Of a DNA stretch of 64,000 bases, positions 24,811 to 35,200 are shown piece by piece. The notes below the pieces were generated by a model that worked only from the letters and a program-made list of their open reading frames with translations, did no database searches and was not told where the DNA came from. The DNA comes from Acanthaster planci. Its lineage: Eukaryota. The translations under genes and the position numbers were made by a program. The DNA lies in contig NW_019091361.1 of the NCBI RefSeq assembly GCF_001949145.1, forward strand, positions 434,001-498,000, given 5' to 3'. Position 1 is the stretch's first letter. Every line of letters begins with the position of its first letter.

Positions 24811-25927
24811 TGAAAAAAGCGGAGAGATTTTAATCACGACTTATCAGATTGCGCCACAAGAAACAAAGACAACGTTACAAGGTGGAGTCAGGGTGCATTG
24901 GCCTGAACCTGGGCACTGACTTAAATTTGAATGTGAATGGAAGACGATACCATTGCTTCAAAGGTGGATCAGACTGCATCACGAGGGGCAATCTACGAGG
25001 TGAGTCTCTCCGAGATTAGTGAAATATAATTTATCTTTGTAAGTCGACTTATAGAGCGTATTTAGTCGATTTGACGAGATAAATGATGTAGTTAAGTTGA
25101 CTTCCTAAGTATAATAAGTCGACATCGCGAGATATTTTATGACATCAAGCCTGCTTCCAGAGTTCCCTATATCGACTTGGCGAGATAAATTATGTCATCA
25201 AGTCTACTTCCAGAACTCGGTATGCCGTCTCGGAGAGATAATTTTTGTTGTCAAGTCTACTCCCGGATTTTGCTTGTGTCAACTTGGCGAGATAAGTTAA
25301 ATACTCAAGTCGAATTCCTGATTCTTGTAAGTCGACTTGGCAGTACAATTCATGTCATCAAGTCTACTTTCAGAATTCATTATGTCGACTCATCGAAATA
25401 AATTTTGCTGTCAAGTCGTTTTCCAAACTGTAGCAAGTCGATTTGGCGAGAAAATACGCTTCAGGTCACGTTCATACTTGTGAGTAGTCAGTTCATGCCT
25501 GCATGTTGTACACTTGATGACATAAATTATCTAACCAAGTCGACTTACTAGAATTAGGAAGTCGACTCACTGACATAGATTATCTTTTCAAGTCTACCTT
25601 CCAGAATTAGGAAGTTGGATTGACTTCATAAATTTTCTTGCCAAGTCGTCTTCCCACAATTGTAAAGTCGACTTGACAACAGAAATTATTTTTAAGTCGA
25701 CATAGGGAATTCAGAAAGTAGACTTGATGTCATGAAATGTCTCCCAAGTCCTCTTACTATAATTTGGAAGTCGACTTGACTACATCATTAAATCGACTAA
25801 ATACACTTTATAAGTCGACCTAATAAGAAAAATTATCTCGGTATCTGAACAAGTAGGATGGGACTTCCAGAGCTCCGTATTTTTCTGTCCGATTTTGCAT
25901 TGTTTTCTACGGGCGCGTACTACGAAC

Positions 25928-25991
25928 CAAAGATAGTATAGCGCCGTGATGTGCACCAAAGATGGTAAAGCGCGGCGCTGCACTATCTTTG
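25928..25991. mobile_element. 64-bp mini element with CAAAGAT...ATCTTTG termini (same family as 50846-51131)
   Basis: caaagatagtatagcgccg ... cggcgctgcactatctttg; flanking 8-mers ctacgaac / gtacgacc match at 6 of 8 positions. Confidence 0.6.
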
Positions 25992-26633
25992 GTACGACCA
26001 CTGACATAGGTAATTTATGTCTGTGGGTACGACGAACCGACTTGATGGGTGCAGACCACTAATTCAAGTGAGAATTTTTGACCAGCTCATTAGCATTAAA
26101 AGTGCCCTCACAGTATCTTTTGAAAAAGGAGATTGTTTGGCCCCCAAAATAGTGAGACTGTGTAAATCGTTGCCAGGATCAACTCCCTGGGTCTTTTAGC
26201 TTTCATATGAGGGCAAAAGGGCTAAAAACTACGGTTGAAAAATGGTCCTAAGTGCCTGAGAAAGTTGAGGGTTGCCACTTGAAAAATGGCTGCAATCAGA
26301 CTTCGGAAAAATCACTTTTTGAGGGGTGATTTTGTTTTTTTGGAATAATTAAAAATGTAATTGGTTAACCCACAAAAAATTGAAAAGAAATTGAAAGATA
26401 AGTGACCAGACAAGAAGTTAATTTGTGTTTCAGAAATCTCAGGGATGTTGGCGTGCGTGCTATTGGGCCCTGAACGGTGCTGATTTTACACTGTTTTCAA
26501 TGGGAATTTGTGGACCGGACCCTGATGCGTCGCAAGGGCGCCCTCTTGATATTTTTGAAATCACTAGTGGTCTGGTTGCTCGACGTGACGAGCTTCAGAC
26601 GTGCTTCTTTCGAGTAGGAGGCATGGCGAAAGG

Positions 26634-26695
26634 GGGAAATCCCGCGTTTTTAACCGATTGCGACACCCGAACATGATGTAGGGCCGGGAAATCCT
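26634..26695 (+). promoter_or_regulatory. Pair of kappaB-like sites in a CpG-rich patch upstream of the Rel-domain gene
   Basis: GGGAAATCCC at 26634-26643 fits GGGRNWYYCC exactly; GGGAAATCCT at 26686-26695 has one mismatch. CpG-rich 26450-26740, with a possible splice donor (atg|gtacgt) near 26729. Confidence 0.35.
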
Positions 26696-26819
26696 TCAGC
26701 TATTTGAGACGAACGCGTCGTGGCGTATGGTACGTATTTCTCGAAATCAACTGTTTACTCCATAATTAAGAAAATATGTGCCTTTATTGAACTACTTTCA
26801 AGCAAAAATTATCAACAGG

Positions 26820-27619
26820 CAGTGTTATAATGACTCGAGTCAAGGACTAGAATCAGACTCGACCCTAGCCAGAGCCCCACTACAGTACTGTGGCACGGAC
26901 TCTCACGCCCGAGGATGGATCGGGAGTGATAGTCCGTGCTCCACTAGTGGGGCTAACTCGAGTCACATTTTTCCATGACTCGGTCGGACTCAAGTCACAT
27001 TGGATAATGCCTGGGACTTGAGCATGGTGACTCATGACTCATGAGTCATGTATTTTCACTAGACCTATTTACCATATATGCCATAGAAAATTAATGCCAT
27101 CACTTGTTTGCATGTGTGGAGCGTCGTCGCGTTGCACATTTTCCACTTTGCCCTAGGCCTATTTATGTATGGCTAAATGATGTAGGCCTAAGCCTACTCA
27201 TGAGTCAACCAGACTTGTCATATTCTGTATCCACAAACTGTGCAGCGGTAATCATATCATACTATGCACTTGGTGCACATTTGTTATTTTCACGCGAGTA
27301 AGGACGTACACAGTCAGCTTCCACCTTGGAGCGAGGCAGACGTGGGACCCAGTTCTGGGGTACATAGTCAGCCCATGGTCAGCCTCATACTCTCCAGAAC
27401 CAGTTGCGAATATGAACACTTAGCAAAATGGCCAGGCTCGCTTGTAGGTAAAAATGCGTGGCCTGCGCTGGGTGTGTGAAGTTGCATGGGCCTGAGCGAA
27501 GTGGTTGTGTTGTTGATTCATGTCTTGTGACTCGTAACTCGAACTCAAGACTTTGACCCAAGGCTAGAGACTCAGGACTCGGACTCAGACTCGACATTGG
27601 TTACTCGACTACAACACTG
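26820..27619. mobile_element. hAT-like MITE with CAGTGTT...AACACTG termini and GACTC(G/A) subterminal repeats
   Basis: Terminal inverted repeats cagtgttata / tacaacactg, many gactcg/gagtc motifs near both ends, and flanking 8-mers tcaacagg / ccatcagg (6 of 8 match). Confidence 0.7.
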
Positions 27620-28439
27620 CCATCAGGGACAATTTAAACCGGTTCATTCCTAGCCTGCAGTACATGTGTAGGCTAGCTCTACTTCCTGAACAGCACTATT
27701 CTGCCTACAGAGCCTTAAGTGCTGTTCAGGAAGTAGCCTACTTCCGTCTATGCCGTGCTGACCTTTTTTGCGAATTCTCTTAGGAAAACCTTTTAATTCG
27801 CACATAACTTTAGGCCTAAGTCTTATCGCTAATTGCGTGGTTGATTTTGCAGACTTGCTGTGGTAGAGAGGCATCATGGGAAGGAAAAGGGGGAAAATTT
27901 GCCCCCTTTTCCTTCCCACAGTGCCTCTCTACCATTGCCATTGTGCGAAATCACTCATACAGTTGTAGTGATAAGGAAGTTATAGGGTAGTTTCAAAAAG
28001 AAAACCACTGCAGTGATGATTGATCATTGAAAATAATAATTTGTGCAAGAGTTTCACTACGAGAAAGTTGGATGCACTTTGTATGTGCGTACTTAGGGTA
28101 GGCGTACTTCACGATATACGAACATCACGCATTGGCACGACTAGTCAGCAGGTACATTATAGGCTAGGTAAGGTAGGGCCTACAGTACATTTAAGTGGAC
28201 ATAATTGACGATTATTGTGATGAAATTGTTATGATTGTGATGAATGGTCATTCATGAGCCTGCTTAGAACCAGTACCTATTCTATTGTGTAGTAAAACGG
28301 ACAGGCAAATGTCATTGTTCAAATTTTCAAATGTCCTCCTGGTTTTCGTTAATATCAAAACTGTCAAATGTTTGATTTCCACCGTTATATATAGGCTTAA
28401 CTATCGTAATTCAACTTTGATCATCTGGCCATGTTCATA

Positions 28440-28775
28440 TGCCATGGTTCAACTTTCATACGTCCTACCTCATCTTTCAAAAAGCTGTGGTTCAACTTTT
28501 CAAACATTGTACTTTAACTTTTAAAACGTACTTCAATTTTTCAAACCTCTTTCAACTTTTCAAATGTAATTCAACTTTAAAACTTTGAACTTCAACTTTT
28601 CAATTATCATAATTAATCTTTTCAAATGTTGTGGTTCAACTTTTCAAATGTTGTACTTCAACTTTCAAATGTACATCCATTTCAACTTTTGAAATGTTTC
28701 ACCTTAAAATTTCGAAATTATAAATTTAAGTTTCATGGTTCGCTTTTCCAAACATTGTGATTCTACTTTTCAAAG
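28440..28775. repeat. Degenerate TTCAACTTTTCAAA tandem repeat
   Basis: The ttcaactttt(caaa) motif recurs more than ten times at 20-25 bp spacing. Confidence 0.7.
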
Positions 28776-31627
28776 GTAGCAAAATTCAGTGTTTCATAAA
28801 TATGTTTACATTGTTCACAGTGTATGTAGGTTACATGTCTGACGTCTACTTGGAGATGTAAAAACATCAAACACATTCTAAAATACCACTTGTAAAATAT
28901 AAATTATAATTGCACACATTTACATAAAAGTTCATTGATTAAAAATATTACTCTGAAATGCTGCACGTAAAGCCATCATTTATTGGGGAGATGTAGACAC
29001 CCATAGTTGATTTTATGGTTTGTATGTCTGACTGACTCTTACTCTGTCATCAAAAAAGTAAGCTAATTTTTACCCTTCCCTTCTTTTTCCTCCGACGAAC
29101 TGACCTTCTTTTCAGGTAAAAAAATTACCAGAACTGTAAAATTAAAAAGGGAGGCCCTGTTGGTTGTTGCGCATGTACTGTAACACGCTCGTTGCATACC
29201 TGGATATGAGACATTGAATTTTTGCAACAGTTGGATTGGCATATCAATTGAACAGTCGAACCATGATATTGGAAAAGTTCAATTATTCCAAGAGAGGGAA
29301 TTTGCATAATTTCATAATTCAATTTCATAAGTGGCTCACAAAACTTTTATGTCACATTTAAACGAATAGCCAACATTTGACAAAGACCATCACAGCCTAC
29401 ATGTACATTGGTGTTTATTTAGTTCACTGACAATGTACATTATCAGTAAGATCTGCAAGTTGAAGTATGACGTTTAAAACGTTCAGCTAAGGTGTCTGAA
29501 AGTTTAACTTTGACATGTGCCCGTCCATTTTAGAACACTTTGCTATTCATTAGTAACAGTTCTGGGCACAATCAGCGATCAGTTAATCCTGTATTAAACC
29601 TCAGATTAAACTTCCCATTCTCACAGCAATGTACCGAGTGACCGATCGTGCCTCAAAACAACACTGTACTTGTACGGTGCATGTAGAGTAAGGAAACCGA
29701 GGTAACAGGAACAGTTCCACTTACATGTAAGTTGTTTACACTGGAAGTTGTAGAGGGACATAGTATGTCATATCCAACATAAATAACTGCTTTGTGGCAT
29801 GTAAATTTCACTTGGCAGCTCATTTATTTTGTCACTGAAGAAAGCATCTGAATATCCTTGTTACTTGATAATGTCATGAATTATTGTAACCTTGCTGGCA
29901 AGGAAGTGGATCACAGTTGCCAGTCTTAAAATGGTATTTATGAACTGTACTGTCCATGTTTGAGTTGGTAATCTAGGTTGAAAGACATGCACCTGTAGAA
30001 ATAATTATCATTTATGAACTTGAAGGTGCATCGTCCATTCTTTTGGCATGGCATCATTATTGGTTTGTATGCATAAAGGAGATAAATAAACTGGCCATTG
30101 GTAGATGGTTAATAAACCAAGTAAAGCATGAAATTATGAATTAATTCTGGCATTTAGGATTTACAAAGTTTGTCACGTATTCTGATATTAATTAACAAGA
30201 TTGATTATTGTTCAATTTATTTGTTCATGCATGTTTTGAATAACAAAATATTACTAAGGTTGCACAGTTACTGAGAACACCACTATTAAATACACAGTGT
30301 CACTCCAAGCTGCACGTACCAATTTATTGAAGAACATGGGTAAAAACTTAATCTCTCCAAAAGTATCCTAAAAACGTGTAAGGCATTGTGAATACTTGTA
30401 CATGTAGCTGTCTGCTTTCATTACCACACATGTATTTTTCTGCCATTGCATCATGTGCATGTGAATGTTCTTAGACATCAGACTACACCTGTGTTCTCAT
30501 AATTTGATTAAGTACATGTAGTGGCTATAGAATACTGAAGTGGAACGTCAGGGGCACAGTTACATGTATGCGAGCAAAGGGCATTAGGGCTTGAACCAGC
30601 AGGTGAACAAACACGCATACAGTGTGCACTCCATTCATTCGCACTACATATCCTGGTTCAGAATGACGTCACACTTCTGTACTCTATAGTTTGAAGGAAT
30701 CCCACCATTGAAACTCCTCTAGCTTGGAATACCAGTACTTGAAGTGAAACTCCAGACTTCTTAGCTCACAAACTCACATTCACCGTATCATTCACTCATT
30801 TTCTGGTTTCATGTAACTTCATTTCCAACTTATGGATTTGAATTGCAGTCCATGCAACGTTGTTACAATGGCCGCAGTGGAAGTTTCACGGTTTTCACCA
30901 ATGCAACACCACATGTACTCTGAACTACGGCCATGTATGTTCATATTTCCTGTCTCTTTTATTCTCGGTCACACTTATCCAAGTCTGGAATTTCAGCCTC
31001 AAATGTTTGAATGTTTTCTGAAATTCCTTGTGAAAATTCAATTGTCCACATTTGGGGAACAGTTTTAGGAGACACTGGGGATATAACCAGAAAAAAATGC
31101 AGATCATGACTTCTGAAATTCCAGGCCTGAATTTTACTTCTTAATAACATTACTTGTCAAATTATAATATTTCAAATCATACTTTGGTTGCATTGTGGTT
31201 TTATTCATGAGAGATGTTGGTTGTCATCTAACATGACCAGTCAGGATACACACAAGGTCACATCACTTGTATGCATTTATTGACCAGCACATGTTGAAAG
31301 CACAATTGAATATTCAGTAGTTCCCTTTGAATGCAAGGATTTCCCTGAATGTTGATGCGTGGTAGAAGTTATGCTATTAACTACTTACAGTTGGTTTTAT
31401 TTGGGTCAAAATTGCTGACTTGAAAAAGCCAGATACCACTTTCAGCTTTTACATACATGTACATGTATTTACAATTTGTAGGTTACAGCCATACCTATAC
31501 ACGGCAAACACTAACTCTATAGAATCACCAAATAATATTTGTACTTTGCTTCTTACCAAAAACTACTAGTACACGCACTCGACCTTCTGGGCACCTCATA
31601 GGAGAGGTACCAGCACTGGCAGTGAAA

Positions 31628-31801
31628 AGTGGTCACGTTCAACACGTGGCCGTGGTCACTGGTCACATTCAACAGATGGCCGTGGTCACTGGTCACATTC
31701 AACAGATGGCCGTGGTCACTGGTCACGTTCAACAGATGGCCATGTTCACTGGTCACATTCAACAGATGGCCTTGTTCACTGGTCACGTTCAACACATGGC
31801 C
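31628..31801. repeat. 30-bp minisatellite, about 6 copies
   Basis: Unit actggtcac(a/g)ttcaacagatggccgtggtc repeated head to tail. Confidence 0.95.
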
Positions 31802-32202
31802 ATAATACAGTGTGTTGATACATTGCCCAACTAATGAAACATCACTAGGGAACAACATTTCTTCCCTCATTCATGCAGAGATCCTGCATACATTAAGAGA
31901 AAGGTAGTAGTCAATGATTCTTTCTGTCAGTAAAACTCGGTAAATGCCATGAAATAACTCATAGTGAATGTTGTCTTTTGCAATGACAGATTTTAACCTC
32001 TAAAAACAGCGATGTTTGTGGACACAACATGTCTGGCACAGTTGTGTGACTGTTGCTGTATTGACACAGGTCCATGCATGTAGGAACGACTGTAGTGTAG
32101 GATTCTCTTATAGTTTGTGTGTTTGTGGTATATTCAGTTTAATCATCCAAATCTATCTTGATCTTCTGCTATTTCCAATTTACAGCCACTCCAGTCAAAA
32201 GA

Positions 32203-35200
32203 ATGTCACAGACAAGCAACATTTCTCAACAAGTTTGGAAGAAAAGACGTGTCATGAGTCACTTAGAAGTTGTTGAACAGCCCAAATCGTTGGGGCTACA
32301 TTTTATAGAGCGCGGGGAAAAGCCTCCCCTTAATGCATACATCTTGGGAGAAAAAAGTACCTGTGAGAAAACAACATATCCAAGATTAATGGTAAGTTGA
32401 TATACAGTCAGGCTGTGACTTTCAGATGTTGGTCAACTCACAGGCATGCTCTACATGTTGGCATTTGAATAAAACTTTTAAAGCTCATGACCAGGCAAAA
32501 AGCAGTAACAAATTGCAGTTTTTGTAATGCTTCTTTGACATTTGAGCAGGGAACTGTAGTTAACTTTACATGGAGTTCCATGCTGATTTACAGATTAAAA
32601 TGAATTAATTTATTTCAATGGCAAGCAGTTGTTGAAAAAGGGGTACAGTCTTTGTATCTTTCACTTGAAAGTTTTCTGAAATTATGTAAAATAGTTTTTG
32701 ACCAAAAATAGAATAAACAAAATATAAGTTAATTGTCATGACGGTCATGTTCTCATTCAGTATGGAATGGCTACTGGTGTTCCTTACTTTGACAAGCAAA
32801 AGATTATGTGCCAGCAACCTCCCACAAACTTGCAAGCCTTTCATGTTTTGCCCAGGTACAGGTTTCCATGGCGAATCTTTATTATCGTCTATTTTGTTAT
32901 CACTACATGTTAAATTAAGGGTGACAGAAATTGAGTTACGGTATTTTGGAAGTATGAGCTACGACAAAAGTTCTTTTGTAAGGTGAGTCCTTCAGGAAGT
33001 GATGTTTGTTTATTTTAACCTCAACAGGAAGTGACTTCATCGTGTTACAATAAATACTTTCCCTTTGGCTGTGAAGGATTACCGGACTTTATTCATTTTT
33101 GCATTCAGCCAGGATAGGCCATGATAGTTTTTCACCTTATTTTCAGTGGGCTTTCTTGGAAGGAGAAACCTATGAGGAAGGAGAGAAACAACCAAGAAAT
33201 GTCAAGTTTTAGAGGTGGGAGGAAAACTCTGGACAGATATTCCAGGGAAACACCCATGCAGTCAGGTAGGGACTAAAGACCCAATCCACACACCAACCTT
33301 GGTAGGATTCAAACCCAGGTTACAGCGATAAAATGGCAAGGAAATACCGGCTGTCTTTGTGCCAACTGGACTGTAAAAGAAAGGAAATTCATTGCCTTTT
33401 AATTATCCAACAGATTTTAGGTACATTTAAGAGCATGGAGAACAATGTTCCTGTAGCCTTTTCAAACCAAAAGTGTTTTGCTCCTTCCCTAGCTAATGGA
33501 CTACACAGGACTTGCACAAATAGTCTGGTACCTGGTAGCAGATGATTCCAGGCACCCACATCCTTATATCTTGGAAGGAGAGGGTTGTAAAGATGGCGTC
33601 TGTACCAAGACCATTTTGGCAGAGGGACAGATCATCAGGTGGGTGTTGTTAATTTGTTATTACAAATCCCTTGTTCTGGTAATTTCTAATAACTTCAACT
33701 TGTAAAGTTTGGCATCCAAGTAAGATGTAAAGTTAACCAACTACTCAGGGAGCTGGATGATTGTTAGTGTAGGAGGTGTGGGCAAATGCTAAAGGTCTTG
33801 GATTCACCATTTTAGCAGAAAATGAGTATTTGGAATGGAATAGATCTGATCATTATCTAGCTTTCGTTATTCCTTCATGACATGTTATGGTTTGAGTATC
33901 TTCATCTTGCACTTGTAATCCTTCTGTTAGAACCGGTTAATCCAGTTGCATGTCATCCCAAGAGAAGCGAGACATAAGAAATCCATTTTTAAATCTTTGG
34001 ACTTTTTTTTAGATATCTTCTGCCAATGTTTACATTTGTGTTGGTTTAATGTTTGAAATGCCATCCAGGTTGATCTCTTGCAAGATGTAGACCCAAAGAG
34101 GAGAAAAACATTTTTCTCTACAGGGTTTAATATCATAATTTCTCAAGATTTGTCATCAAGTCATCACTTTTAAAACATGACAACCTCACTGGCCTATGAC
34201 GACGACAGACGACCACAGACATCAACCAGTATGTGGTGCTGTGTGCATGGGCCTTGAGGTAACTGATCCGGCTAATCTTAGCACAGGAACATCAGTTGCA
34301 TGTTGAGCAAACACAGGAAGCACCTGCAGTACTCCGTGTTTGTTGCTTTGTCCTTGTGGAGGCCATGTTTCTGTTTGTGCCTAGGCTGAGTGCTTGGCTT
34401 GGACTCACCATGATACACTGTTGATAGGTGACGGGGCACTGCTTTCTGCTGCACGGATCTCCCACGAGTCCTTGGCCAATAGAATAGCCGATGTCGAGGC
34501 AACCAGACAATAATCCAGTTATGTTTGTTCTTTTTGAAACTCAGTTTTCCAGGATTATATGTGAGGAGTGTCAGCAGGACAGATATAAAAAAGACTTTAG
34601 AGATGCGAATAAACACGCTGAGGGAATACTTGCCAGGTATTTATCATAAAGATCATATTGAACAGTGGCCTTAATAATAGACTTGCATCCTCTTTGTATT
34701 CTGGTAATTTTCTCATGACTGAAAAGTCTAAAGAAACCACAGGGGAGGGATATTGAATGATTTATGGGAATTAATTTCAGTGATGGAAAGGGAATTTAAA
34801 GGAATGTTTTTCAATGATTAATAGAAAAAGATTGATCCCCAGCAATCATGCACGGAAACGCAAGCAATAAGGATTTTTTGATGTACCATAACATCATTTC
34901 ACTCTTGCCAAAATTCCCTGTAAGTAGAGTGTGGACTGCTACAGAATATTAAAATAAATGTTTGGGGAAAAGATGATATTTTGCCATTTTATGAGAGGAA
35001 AAATAACCTGCCTCAGTGTCCCAAATTATGGAACTCCACTTTCAGAAAAATGCAGCTTGCAACACTACCTGACCTTTTTAAACTTGTGCCCAAAGATGAT
35101 TATTTCTGCTCGAACGAAAATATCTCTCACAGAGTTTCTCTACAATCCTCTTCTTCCATACAGGGATTGAATTTAGGTCAAAAGACACAACGGAATACAA

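Larger units (their letters stand above)
20905..25031 (-). mobile_element. DIRS1-type tyrosine-recombinase retrotransposon, internally deleted and non-autonomous
   Basis: 142-bp inverted terminal repeats at 20973-21114 and 24867-25008, internal complementary region at 21234-21343, ATAATT at both ends, and gag-like, RT/RNaseH, methyltransferase-start and YR C-terminal coding remnants on the minus strand. Confidence 0.93.
20866..25877. mobile_element. Foldback-type MITE (about 0.9 kb without the nested DIRS) with long modular inverted repeats and TA TSD
   Basis: Left end TA|cggtgctctgtgagtgccatccgacttgttcagatagagataatt pairs with right end aattatctcggtatctgaacaagtaggatgggacttccagagctccg|TA. 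25031-25200 is the diverged reverse complement of 25690-25835. The interior is built of AAGTCGACTT / GAGATAA modules. Confidence 0.8.

Noticed and set aside
31553..31870. ORFs with 10-aa repeats (HGHLLNVTSD / VVTGHIQQMA) and a superficially CRISPR-like periodicity
   Set aside because: Plain 30-bp head-to-tail minisatellite with no unique spacers and no cas genes. The ORFs are a by-product of a unit length divisible by 3.
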